Both the position numbers and the translations under genes were made by a program. A stretch of 63,638 nt of DNA, the filler included, from Sphacelaria rigidula (taxonomy: Eukaryota): the NCBI GenBank assembly GCA_964200075.2. It is 5 parts of 5 records of this genome, joined end to end, with 100 filler letters (N's around TTAATTAATTAA, not from the genome) between each part and the next. Parts side by side here need not be neighbours in the genome. Positions count along the whole stretch, not along the records: positions 1 to 12,650 come from CAXNAA020003535.1; positions 12,751 to 25,399 come from CAXNAA020003536.1; 3 more parts are not named here. The stretch is one strand, 5' to 3'. Numbering within the stretch: the stretch's first letter is position 1; each line of letters starts with the position of its first letter. The notes beneath the pieces are model-generated. The model ran no database searches and was not told the DNA's origin. It saw only the letters and a list, made by a program, of their open reading frames with translations. This document shows, piece after piece, positions 11,696 through 23,995 of the stretch.

Positions 11696-12257
11696 GTACG
11701 TTGTGTGGCTATGCAGTCGCGGCTGGGGGTGGTGGCACGTCGAACCGCTCACTCTATTTCACCCACTGTCTATACGTACGCCGTGCCGCGATCATCCATC
11801 GTGTTTCTGGGCGCCCACGCAGTTCAGAGCTTGAACCGCCTCACCAGATATTTGCTTTTGCTTTGAACCGACGGCCGAATTGGCGTGAGAACAAGGCGAT
11901 GTTGGTGCTCTTGTATGGAAGCAGCTCAGGAACTAGAGTTGGACACGACGCAACTCAACCAACAAACTTACTGAACGGGCTAAACCGGACCCGACGGGCG
12001 CTTAAGCCGACGGCGTGAACCACGGCACACAGCAAACGCAGCACGACAAACGCCAAACACACGAGCCCACCGCACAGCACGACTAGATGGAGTAGCCAAT
12101 ATTTGGGGGTTGTATCTACCGGGGAGAGATGGATCGACCCCTTGAGACCACGGACTCGTCCCGAGGAAGAGGAGGGATTCAAATTGCGACGAAAAAAAAA
12201 TTCTCCGTAACAAATATGTCCATCGTCACTGCGGCGCGTTTACATGTGTGGCAATAG

Positions 12258-12461
12258 GACATGCTGATCAAAAACGCGAGAAATCGCTCCAGAAAGTGGA
12301 CGGCGGAGAGAATGGACGCCCTTGGGAAAGCCGTGTCCAAGCCGCTGGGAGACATCATCCGCCAGTATGAATACCAACTCCCAATCCTGCACCCTTTCGA
12401 GGCTACCCTAGCCGATCTCACGGTCAGAGCCAGGGAAAAATCGGGCGAGCGAACGCTGCAG
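12258..12461 (+). CDS. Exon 3 of NOG1-like GTPase (gene truncated by contig end)
   Basis: AATAG|GAC...CAG|GTGAGG, phase 0/0. Peptide IKNARNRSRKWTAERMDALGKAVSKPL...LHPFEATLADLT carries the LHPF/Y...DL motif of NOG1 N-terminal domains. Confidence 0.8.
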
Positions 12462-12593
12462 GTGAGGATAGCGCGCGTTAATGTCGGTTCACACCGCGCA
12501 CAGGCGGCACACTGTAATCTTGAGAAACGCGGGTTGTGTGCGAAGGTGGCAAGTCCTCGACTGGAGCTTGTCGTGATTTACGCCTCATATAGG

Positions 12594-12650
12594 GTGTGTG
12601 TGTTGTCGTCCCATTTATTCTGGGCACCAGTCTACACCTTTCGGTAGATG
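12594..12650 (-). mobile_element. SINE 3' end at contig edge
   Basis: GTGTGTGTGTTGTCGTCCCATTTATTCTGGGCACCAGTCTAC is the reverse complement of the SINE tail. Confidence 0.75.
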
Positions 12651-12750
12651 NNNNNNNNNNNNNNNNNNNNNNNNNNNNNNNNNNNNNNNNNNNNTTAATT
12701 AATTAANNNNNNNNNNNNNNNNNNNNNNNNNNNNNNNNNNNNNNNNNNNN
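12651..12750. other. Artificial contig-joining spacer
   Basis: N44-TTAATTAATTAA-N44, with stops in all six frames. Confidence 0.97.
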
Positions 12751-13475
12751 TGTACCTGAAAATAGGTTGGATGAAACTTTCGTTCTTCATCTAACCCGGC
12801 CGTTACATACATTCATTGATTTTTAGCAACATGAAGCCACTGTCTCGTGTATATGCAGGACACGTCATTCCTTACCAGCCGCGCTGGTCGTTCTGGAGGC
12901 CCAGTCCCAAACGGGTTAACTGCAGTCTTGTGCACAATATATTTTACAGCGTACGTGGCCTAAATTATCTGCTAGAGTATCTTTCGTCGACTAATCATGG
13001 CAACACACCCACTGTAGCAATATTCTACTTGAACCGTCATTCAAACAAGTAGACTTTGAATCAACACGGAAGAAGTACTCTCGGTAAAAGATATATGTGA
13101 TTCGTGATTTCCTTGAACCGTTACAAGTTGTACCGCATATCTTTGTTGCAACGACTTCATTCAAACGCAATGAATATAGGCTGTATCATCTAGACTCGCA
13201 ACACCCCACCACCGCCCGTGTGGCATTATCCCCGCTACTCATCGACCTATGCCCGCACCTCATGCCACAAGCCGATGCAAGCAGCGCATTTCGGCGAAAA
13301 CTACTCCCCAACACACACGGAAAACAAATCACGATCAATGATCGTCCCTCACGGTAAAAGCCGATGCGGGCGGCGCAGTTCGCCGAGAACTATTTCCCAG
13401 CGCACATAAAACAAAATAACACCAGTCGAATGGAGCTGCCCCCTCTGATTGAAACAAAGCAGAGAGAAACAACGT

Positions 13476-14345
13476 TCAAGCGCTCGGTCCTACTGCAGCG
13501 CTCGCCATCGCCCCGCCAGTTTCGATATCATCAGTCCTTTGGGGTCCGGTAGAGCAGGGCAGGGCGTCCTCGGCCTCGGTGATGTAGTACTGCAACTCGC
13601 TCACCAGCTCTAGAATCGAAAACACCCCGGAAATAAAGGTGAGCCCCGTGAAGTTGTCACCCCAACCCCCCGACACCACCGAGAGCACAAGGAACAGCGG
13701 ATCCACAACCAGTGTCTCCCCCACTGCCTTCACCATAGCAGTCGTCCTCCGATATGCTTGTCTGCGTGTTTGGGTGACCATTCCCCGCTTGCGAGGAAAA
13801 CTCATGATGAACGCACCAAAGTACCGGAAGGGGTGGTAGTATACGAGCACGTCGATGGCGTTGTTGCCAGATCCCTGGTTCAACGCCTCCACCGGTGCTT
13901 CCCCCGCTAGCCCGAACTGTCGCATCAAGTCACCGGATCGAGCCCGTGAACCGAATAGCACCCACAACACAGAATCAAGCAAAAACTCAAGGCTCACTAT
14001 TCTCTCTTGCCCACAAACTAGCATTTCCAGCACAGAATCACAACTTATCCCGCAGCATGGGTGCAGAGGGGTTAAAACAACCATCGCCGAAAATACCATC
14101 AAATAAAACATCACATAGATGCGCTCGTAATCGGCCACGGCAAAGATGATGGCGCAGATCCACCACAGGATGGATGGAGTACTCTCGAATGTCTGATACA
14201 GGAGCACCAGGTCCGTAATGCCATCCAACACCGGCAGCAAGAAATGCCACAGCGAGGTCAGCACCTGCACTGCCTGAAAAGCCCACGAAGGGGCATGCCC
14301 GCTTCCACCTGATATTGTGCAAGTAAAGCGCATCATCCAATCGAT
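13476..14345 (-). CDS. Uncharacterised multi-pass membrane protein (single large or terminal exon)
   Basis: Intact 286-aa ORF (ATG 14336) with several hydrophobic segments. In-frame acceptor TTCCCACAGTCACAG|ATCGATTGG lies just upstream. Confidence 0.7.
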   Translation of the reverse strand: MDWMMRFTCTISGGSGHAPSWAFQAVQVLTSLWHFLLPVLDGITDLVLLYQTFESTPSILWWICAIIFAVADYERIYVMFYLMVFSAMVVLTPLHPCCGISCDSVLEMLVCGQERIVSLEFLLDSVLWVLFGSRARSGDLMRQFGLAGEAPVEALNQGSGNNAIDVLVYYHPFRYFGAFIMSFPRKRGMVTQTRRQAYRRTTAMVKAVGETLVVDPLFLVLSVVSGGWGDNFTGLTFISGVFSILELVSELQYYITEAEDALPCSTGPQRTDDIETGGAMASAAVGPSA

Positions 14346-17300
14346 CTGTGACTGTGGGAAGTTCAGGACAAGCGCAATATCATGATGGCCTCACTCGCGG
14401 GGCTGATGTATACATGATGTTATGAGCACTGTGGAGAATGCGGGATACAAACGTACACATTGCCCGGTCAATTTGAGAACGCTGAGGACGCAGGATTCGG
14501 TGTGTGCGTCGGTTTGCAAGCAACTGCAGATAGATGTCAAATTGTCTCGCATACATGCTCAGGGCCCATAGATGGGAATGATTTAGTACAGAATAGGATG
14601 ATGTGGGCGAAGCGTGGTTATGGCAGAGCGCACAGGATCGACACTCGGCGAAAATTGAGGAACCGCTTAAAACCACAAGATATAAAACATGGGACGTGTC
14701 CTGTTCCACGGTCCTGCAGCACAAACACACTGACACCCTATCATGTGCTGTACCCATCATTGTACTGTGGGGTGTTCAGGCCTTGCAAAGACGGTTTGGT
14801 CTTCGTTGAGATTGCCTGAGCTACTGTATTGTCGTTGTATTCGTCTCTGAAAAACTTGATGTCAGTCGATACGTACTTCTGTCCACACACTGACCAAGGG
14901 TGGGAAAAGTCTTCTTCTTAATGTACGTACTCATATCTTTTTATTTGGACCACTCCGGTCAGGGGATGGAGGACTAAACCACCTCCCCTCCCTTCCTCAA
15001 CGCCCTACAAACTCCTATATAACTGATCTTACGCTTATCCTTTACAAAATGAGGCGATATCGGAGGGGGGGCGGGGGATATCCCACAATGTGTGAGAGGT
15101 GTAGTATATGTGATCCGCGTCCGCCGCTCTGGTAGGTGTAGAAACGAAACGAAAATTCACGAACTACAATGAATCAACAAATAATGATGAAATGAACGAA
15201 ACAAAGCAAAACGAGAAAGTCAAAATTGACGGAAAAATAACGAGAAATGTGAAGAAAGCAAATTGAAATAAATGAAGGAAATATAATCACAGTGCGTAAA
15301 GAAAAAACAAAAACGGAAAGAGGAAAACAAGAAAATTAGAGTCATAAAATAGATTAAACAGATACGCAGGGAAAATACAAACAGGAATAGAATGGGGGTA
15401 ATCATAATAACAAAGGTTACAAGTGGGACTCACATAATAAATACACGAAACAACAAAGGCTCACTTCGGCATGCCTTCCTGAGGTGGGTAACGTTTACAA
15501 CGGTATCCAGCCATCACGGTAAATGGTTGGATGGTAACTCATCACCCTCATTGGGGAAGGAACCAGCCACCTTGGTAATGCACGGTATATTTGGATGAGA
15601 ATTGGCCACTCTGGTACTCATTGGTACAGGAACCAGCAACCTTCGTGATGCATAGTTAGTTTGGGGTGATGACGTGCCACCCTGGTCGTCCGTGGTACGG
15701 GAACCAATGGTAAAAGTAAGCCGCGGCACAACACGACCGTGAGCGTAGGTGTGGCTGTTGCAGCACCACCGCCACCGCACCTGCGGAAGGACATGGCGAG
15801 GCAGGCAAAATCACTTCACAACCTTCACTATCCGGGCCGTCACCAACAGCAACAATCTTCGCGTACGATTACTTGCCTTTGGTCGCGTGTCTATTGATGT
15901 GGTGTTTGGTGCTTTCGTGGTTCGGCACTTCAGCGCTGTAGCGCACGCGTGTTTACCGACTCAACATCAGTGGGAAACTCTGAGGTAGGGTTCTTGAGAA
16001 AAAAATGAAAAAACAGACCATCCAACAAGATGAAGAAAAAATAAAAAAATAAAAAAGTGACAAAATAAATATCTGAAGTGGTACGGTGGGGATTGAATTG
16101 AAACTCCGATCTATTCATATATCGTACTCGCTCACCGCTGTCCTACTGGGGCAATGTTATGTCACGACTGAGGGAATGAGTTCATTCTGCTTTGCTGTTT
16201 AACAAGGGTGTGTCTCAACAAACTTGTTTTCGATCGAACGTGTAAGAGGGAGTTTTCGATGTGATAAGTCTACCCCACTTCTGTTCCTACAATACCTCAC
16301 GTTCAAAGTAGGATATTTGGTAATTTCTAATTTCTTCGTAATTAATTGGCGATTTTGTTCGGTTCTTTCGCTCACCACTGTTCATCACACTGGGGATCTG
16401 AATATACTAGCATCCGCCCCACATTCCAAGAAAATCAATCATCTGTACTCAATATTGAGTGATTCATAGACTGACCAGTCATCGGGGGTCCTGCCACTTT
16501 TCAGGCCAGCTTCTGAATCTTCGGTATTTTCGGTCGATCAAGCCTGCCCCCATGGTATTTGTGAAGAAATGAAAATGCTTGTTTTTTTATTTGTACATAC
16601 TCATTGCACTATAGCCGGAAAACTGTGCTTCACGGTCAATTAACACTCTCCTGATTTACGCGGCATCTACTCATATCGCCCGATAACACTAACTTACACT
16701 AACTCGGGCACTGGTTTTGAGGACGATCTGTTTGTTGTACCAAAATCTACCGACGCCAGCACTTTCGAGATTCATCAAAGAGCAGTACGCGAGAAAAAGA
16801 AAAAAAGCGTGGCACTTTGTACGCGAGGTACTGTAGCTGGCTCCAAAAAAGTGGCATGTTTTTTTTCTTCTACATTTTAAAAATAGTGGCGCGCGGACAG
16901 GAGCAAAAATGTACGTCAGCCAAGCTTTATCCAGTGTTGGAAATCGAACGGAATAAAATGATGGGTGAGGGTTAGGTAATCGATACTCGCGGAGAAATGG
17001 GACGAAGGAGCGCTTGACTCCTACCTTGCAGACCACCACGCCAGAAACCTCCCGTTTACAGAACCATGCGAAGCCAACATAGTGCAGTGATCGAGTGTGA
17101 TTTGCTTTTTTCGTTGGCGGAAACTGAAGATGTTCATCCAGCGATCGGCCACGAAGCTACGTGGTACGGTCAGCGACCGACTTGCGTACATGCTCATGGA
17201 CAGTGAGGCAGCGCAAAGCTGCATGCTGTTAAAGTCCTTTTCACATCGCAATGGAGGTAGAGAGGATACAGGTAGTTCTGCGCTGTCTGTACTGCACGTT

Positions 17301-17764
17301 GCCAGTTTCTCTTTTGCATCCTTTTGTACGAAACACGCAAACACATTCAGCCACAGTGTGTGCCAACAGTGCGGACAGTACAGTACTGCCTGTACTTTGA
17401 CAGGCCAACAAGTACGTACCGCTTCATGAATTTCACTGACTATTCTTCGATCGAAGCTTGCAAATTCTCTTGGACCCAACTCCCGAAAAATGAACAAAAT
17501 CGTTCAAATCGAGTTCACCGCACATATATTTTGAAACAAATCAAATGTACGAAGACACGCCCCATTTGGGAACAACAACATCGTGCGGTATTTGTTTGGG
17601 TGATGACGGGAAACCACAGAAATGCCAGTATTTGCGCGGTCATTATTTGAACGGGAATGGGAGAACAGAATTTGCTCGGTAACGGCCGCTTCTCATGGCG
17701 AACAAATACCAAAATGTTGAAATGTGTATATTTAAAGCTTATGCGCTATTTCACGGCCGAAAAG

Positions 17765-18055
17765 AGAGCTCGGTGGATTTTGACAGTTTGGAATGCCTTG
17801 CTGTACACGTTGAGACGGTTCCAGGACTTACACACGTGCGTTTTTCGGTGGCCACAGTCTTTTCGTTCGGGCCAACCGTGCATTTTCCTCTGGGACCGCT
17901 CGTTTTCTCCGAGATCGGCCAATCAAGTCCACAAACGTTTCAGAAAAAGATGCAATATTGTACCAAAAAAACACTGCGGTCAACGGTGAAACGCACACTT
18001 GTCGTCGAACCGTCTCAACGAGTACAGCAAGGCATTCCAAGGCGTCAGAATCCGC
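17765..18055. repeat. Inverted repeat, arms ~17765-17865 and ~17965-18055
   Basis: GGAATGCCTTGCTGTAC(A/T)CGTTGAGACGGTTC present on both strands. Confidence 0.7.
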
Positions 18056-18651
18056 CCAGATGTCTACTAGGGTGTAAAATGACGCAAAAGCCACAAGCAG
18101 ACAGTTTTTTCTTATTTGTTTTCTGGTTGATCATACGAGGCGGCTCAAGCATCGAAAAATATAGTATTCAAACAAAATTGAAAGTTCTCTCTCCGGCCGT
18201 GATGTGTAGCCTCGCTCATCCTCCGAACAAAGCATCCGCAATTGATGAAATCTCGTGTTCATACCGAACTATTTCGAACTCCGTTTATGCCCGTTCAAAA
18301 CATCTTTTGTTCTTATTTGTCAGAATCCCTTGTGAAGACGGCATTTCACAAATTGCGGATGCTCTTGTTTTCTAGGGGTGAACGAGACGGCCGGTGAGTA
18401 CATTAGCATTCATTTTTCGACAATACTTTACTACGCAGATGAATGTCGCCAAGGTTCATCCTCAGAAAATACTTAATCCGGAACTTGTAGTTGATTTGAC
18501 GGAGGGGCAGAAGAATAGAAAAATGTAGTGGGTGTTGCAAGTGCTGAGGTGATATATATTTGTCGGGACGCTCCACATACCACCACGGCCGCACGGTCAG
18601 CATGACCCATTCTGTTATGACTGGTTCACACAAGCTCAGATAGGAGTTGTG

Positions 18652-19503
18652 GTTGTTGTTTTCAAACAACTAACTGTTCAGAATTGTGAACAACTAGTTG
18701 TTTTAAAAAACCTAACTATTCAAAGTCGTGCGCAACTAGTTGTTTCCAAACAATTACCAGGTGGTTGGTCGACAAACAACTAACTTTAGTTGGTTATAGT
18801 AGGAAAAAATGAAAATGCTGTAGTGGTGTGAACTCATATCTGTTCAGGACAGGGAGTAGGCCAGAAAGATCAGGTCGACCTATTCCTGGATAATGAAAAA
18901 GGCAGAGGTATGCGGTGTGATGCAAGGCAAACGCACACGTCATTCGGGGCGCGAGCATGACACGTTCAAGGTTTAGGCTTTACTGCTGTTTGACGTATGC
19001 ATCACGACCAACTGGCTTGATCAACCACGGTTCCCTTCCGACATCGAAACACAAACACGTACACTGGCCACCATCTGCTGCTGGTGGTGGTGTAGGGGCG
19101 ACTGGTGGCACAGCTGCCATTTGGTGCGCTTGGGGTCTCGTGTGTGTTCGTGTGTTAGTGCGTGGGGTGGGGTGCTCACATGCTTATGCGTCAGCCCGAT
19201 TTCAGCCAACGGTTAACCGTAATTGTTCCACGATGTTGATAACTACCCGTGCCACAAAACAACTACTTCTTCAGAATCGTGCCCAACTAGTTAGTTCCAA
19301 ACAACTGCTCATACTGTTTCAAAATCGTGCGGAACCAGTTGTTTCCAAACAACCACCGTTCCGAAACCGTGCGCAACTACGAGCTGGTTCAGATTGAACA
19401 CCCAAACTTCATTCCCCGAGATTCCCTCACGCCGTTTTTTCGAGTTAGACCACGAAAATTTGCACACATGTTCTTGAGGGCACTATCTAAAACTCAAAGA
19501 CCG

Positions 19504-19551
<48 letters not shown>

Positions 19552-20620
19552 GAGATAGTCGGGATCTGACCCCTCCCCCGGTCTAGTAGGTCGACCGCGA
19601 CCTTGCATAAAAAGTCACAAACAAAACAAAATCAAAAACCCCGGTCTTCAAGTTTTAGATGGTGCTCTTCAGAACATGTGTGCAAGTTTTCGTGGGTTAA
19701 CTCGAAAAACGGCGTGAGGAAATGCCAAAACGTGCGCTGAAGTATAAAAAAGGACGTAATTACTTGATTAAAGTACAGAATCGCCCGTTTGGGGGGTTGT
19801 TTTCACGGTAGAAGACCAAGCCGATTCACTTTGTCGAGTTGAGCGACGAAAACTGGTACACATGTTTCTTGGGATACCACCTGCCCCTAAGATTTCGAAA
19901 TTTTGGTGTTGAGACATTCTGTACCGGTTTCCTGGGGTCTTTATGCTGGGACCTCCGGAAGCGGTAGAGAACGGAAAAACTTTGAAATCTTGCCATGAAT
20001 ATAATTTTCCCATTTGGAGCATCAATACCGACGGAACTGCCAAGTTTTGACGATGATCTGAGCTTTTCTCCGACAGATGAAAGGGAAATCGTCTCGAGGC
20101 TCCGTGGCTCTTTCGTACGTATCATGAGTGGAAATTAGACGACGCCAAAGCTCCACATCATCACCAAAACATTACGGTTTTGGGCAAAATTCGACCCCGT
20201 TGGAACCGTTTTCAGATTTGTTCCTCCCGTTAGATTCCCAAGCTGATGACGGTTACTACGATTTGAACCATGTGGAGATTCGGTGGAAATTGGGCTTGGA
20301 ATTCGTGTTTTCAATTTCGGAACAATTTGAAAGGCGATGATTGGTAAAGACGTATTTTTGTCCACAGCGCCACCGCTATAGCCTTGAACAAAAAATCTGG
20401 CTATGTCACCCTTTTCGTCTATTCATTGCGGTCAGTATGATACCACATTTGTGCATATTGGCTGGGTATTGCGTTCGTCGTCAGCCTGGGAATAAATTCT
20501 GGGTATTCAATCTGAACCAGCTTGTAGCCCTTTCCAAACAACTAATCTCTCAGCATAGTGCGCAAGTAGTTGTTTGGAAACAACTAGTCGGTAGTCGGTC
20601 GACAAACAACTAACTTTGTT
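18652..20620. repeat. Three clusters (18652-18790, 19255-19390, 20510-20620) of ~42-bp sub-repeats containing palindrome CAACTAGTTG
   Basis: Unit CAAACAACTAACTnTTCAGAATnGTGCGCAACTAGTTGTTT starts at 18663, 18705 and 18747. Confidence 0.7.
19509..19550. repeat. (GT)n microsatellite
   Basis: Direct reading. Confidence 0.95.
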
Positions 20621-23600
20621 GTTAGCCATAGTTGTACAGGGTGTGCAAGGTTGTCAGGGGTTGGTTTAGGGTGATCACCTCCAACCACGACGCATCACAT
20701 AAAGCCAAGCAGTTTCCAACGAGTAGGTACTCGGCACGTGTGTGAGGGGTAATGTGCAGCGAGCACAGGAATTGAGACGGGGGAAAGCAGAGGGGGAAAA
20801 TACAGACCCTTCGAGGGGGCGGGGGGATGGGGGGGAGTTGGTGTGCGGGATCATTTATTTCGTGCACCCTTGCCCTCGTGAGTGTATATCATGTTGTTTG
20901 CGCTGCTCCGTCTTCCATAACACAAACAAGGCGCTGCCCAGACCCATCGTTTGCGCGGCACCAGATATGGCTGTGCAAAGACACCACACCCTGGAGAATA
21001 CAATATATTTCCATAATATTAGTCGATCATGTTGGAATTTTGCGATATATTTCCGGTGTAATATATATTGGTACTCTTAGACTGCACACGTATTGCGCGC
21101 CCAATATATATTGATGTCGTGGGACTGCATACATATTGTCCGCCCAATATATATATTGGTACCCTTAGACTGCAATGTATTGCGCGCCCAATATATATAT
21201 ATATATATATTGATACCGTGGGGTTGAACACATATTGTCTCATCAATACATATTGGGGCAGCGTGGGCGACAACATATTGCACGACCAATATAAAGTAGG
21301 GTCGCATTGACGATAACATATTGACCGGTCAATATTTATTGGATATAATGAGTATGATGTACGCTATGAAAAAAATCCAGACGTGATGGATGCCGGAGCC
21401 CGTGCAGATTGGGAAAAGCTTCAAAGGGAGTCGCAGAAGTTCGCGTGCATTACTACGGAGAGCTGTCGAATACGCTTGACATATATATAAACACTTGTCA
21501 GAAAAGATGGTGACAGCGAGGCGAGGCGACCCGGTATATATGCCTCCTGATACCTATCTGGCCGCCGGTGCGGAGCCGGCCATCCCCTTCCCAGCATGTA
21601 ACTAATATATATATATATATATAGATATATTGGCTAAACATCAAGATGACAGAAAACAGCGGTCGATATGCGCCTTTTGGTACCCCTGCGGTCACCGGGG
21701 CTGTGTTTCCTATACCCGGGACAAAACAAAATTCTCCAATAAGATACCAATACTTTTTATTGGAGCCAGCTCAAATATCGTCCTTTCAATATATACTGTG
21801 TTGAGATATCCTCGGAGACATTGAAGCAACAACATATATCGCTCGTGCCATGATCATGAAGTAATATATGACAACTAATATTGGACATGCGTTTGCTCCG
21901 GGAATACAACATTCAATCTATATTGTGCATGCCGGTCGTGTATGTATTGAAGTGTGAATATATATTGAGTCGAAGCAATGAGTAGCATATTGTTACCACA
22001 ATATATTTTGAACGCAAACCATGCAAAAGTATCGTTTTCCCAATATATATTGCGCACGCTCATTGCATTGCTATTGAGCAGCCAATATTTATTGAACACG
22101 CTTGCGGAGGAATATCTGGAGCGTTTTCGGCATGTGGTGATACATCTTTCAATGGCGCCCGCGAACATAGAGTAGCCCACCATACTAATTCTGATACACG
22201 TTACAATCTACTTGTTGAAAATCAATATATATATATATATTGCTACACCAGTATGTTTTGTGACCGTCGGTTCTCTCGTGTATTGTCCGTCCAATATATA
22301 TTGGACTCATTGACGCACGACAAATTGGGGCGGTAATATATATTGGCACTTCGGATGTCGAGTATATTGAATAATCAATTTATACATGCATATTGACCTC
22401 GTGTGGAGCCAGTATGTTATTCGACAAATATATATTGGTGCCTTCTTGCACCAACATATTACTCGGTCAAAATATATTGAGGTGGCGCATGTCGTGATAT
22501 ATTGTTCGGTCGATATATTTTGCACGTCGCGAGCCTTGACATATTGATGGCACAGTATATATTGACCCTCTCTCGTGCCATCATATTGCTCGCCCAATAT
22601 ATATTGACCACCCGACGCGTCGACATATTGAGCGGGCAACATATATCACATATTGTCTTGTCCAGGGTGTGGAGGACACATAACAAGTGCCGGTGTACAC
22701 CGCTCGACCGGCTGGGCCAGACGCCGTGTTCCGATGAAAGGGCCAAACCACAGCGTAGTGCGGATATACTACTGCACCGCCAAGGTACTGATTGCACCGG
22801 GCAACATAGCAGCCGCTGCTGCTGGCGGACGCCAGAATTAGCGTCCACGGAAGAACGGAACCAGACATACGAGTAAAATGGAGATATCACGATACACGAG
22901 CATCGCACTGACCTTCTGCGGCGGGAATTAATCACTCACTCTCTGCTTGTCTGCTTGCTACTTCGTTTCTCTGCTGCTGCTCCCGCCGTCCCGGCGCGAC
23001 CGTACATTCATGTACTGTAGAACGTACACTCCAGATGTCACTCAAGCCTGCTAAACAGTGTCACAAGCTTTCTTCACTACATAATTTACTACAAAAGTCG
23101 CGTTTCATTGGCGATACAGGCTGGTTCACGTTTATCACCTAGAATTGTGGTATCAGCAAATGCCTTTCGCAATACCTACTCAATAGTCGCATACATGATT
23201 TCATACTGACCGTCATGGACAGCTGAAGAGCGTGACATGGCCTGATTTGTGTGAAAGGCCATAGTGGTAGCGCTAAGGGCGAAAAGGTATATCGATTAAT
23301 CAGCGCCCGTCAAATTGTTCCGAGATCAAAATTACGAATTCCGAGCCCAACTTTCACCCAATCTCCACATGCTTCAAATCGTAGTAACCGTCATCGGCTC
23401 GGGAATCCAACGAAAAAAACATATTTAAACGGTCACTACGAGGGTCGAATTATACCCGAAATATCACGGTTTCGGTGATGTCGGGTGTTGGCGTCGTCTA
23501 ATTTCCACTAATTATATATATTCACGAAATACCCCGAAAGCCTCCTGACGGCGTCCCCTATATCTGTTGAACAAAAGCTCAGATCGCCCTCAAACTTGGC

Positions 23601-23995
23601 AGTTCTGTAGGTTTCGATGCTTCGAATAGACAAATTGTATTTTGGGCGAAATTTCGTGGTTTCTCCGTCCTCTACCAGCTTCGGGGGGTCACAGTATGAA
23701 GACACACGAAAGGCGGTACAGAATGTCCCACAAGGAAAATATTAAAATGATGCGTCCCGGGATTGTCCAAGGAACACATGTTCAAAGTTCGGCGGAGAAC
23801 CTCGAAAATCCCACACAGTTTTTCTTGCGTTGACGTCAAGTTCACCGAAAAAGACGTTTGCGTCCTAAAACCAAGTAGTTAGGAGTTGCACATTCCAAAA
23901 CAACGTCGTCCACATACGCGCAAACCTTCACGCCGTTATTAGCAGTTAGACCCTGGAACTTTGCACACATGTGCTTCGTGTCATTACGCAACTTT
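19655..23995. repeat. Pair of ~700-bp diverged inverted copies (19655-20345 and 23295-23995)
   Basis: AGTGGAAATTAGACGACGCCAA...GATGACGGTTACTACGATTTGAA.CATGTGGAGATT present on + at ~20127-20280 and on - at ~23360-23510. Confidence 0.75.
20985..22671. mobile_element. Non-autonomous TIR DNA transposon (~1.69 kb), TIR CACACCCTGGA(C/G)AA(T/G)ACAATAT, filled with phased 42-bp units
   Basis: Left CACACCCTGGAGAATACAATAT, right ATATTGTCTTGTCCAGGGTGTG. No credible ORF. Colinear copy at 25945-27289. Confidence 0.8.

Noticed and set aside
12695-12706. Recurrent palindrome TTAATTAATTAA at ~12.7-kb intervals
   Set aside because: Synthetic six-frame stop linker inside N runs
17021-18375. 158-aa and 226-aa ORFs
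   Set aside because: Overlap inverted and dispersed repeats, with no motifs or splice model
20975-22680. Target-site duplication for the CACACCCTGG element
   Set aside because: Flanks (…AAAGACAC / GAGGACAC…) show no clear adjacent duplication, so superfamily is left unassigned
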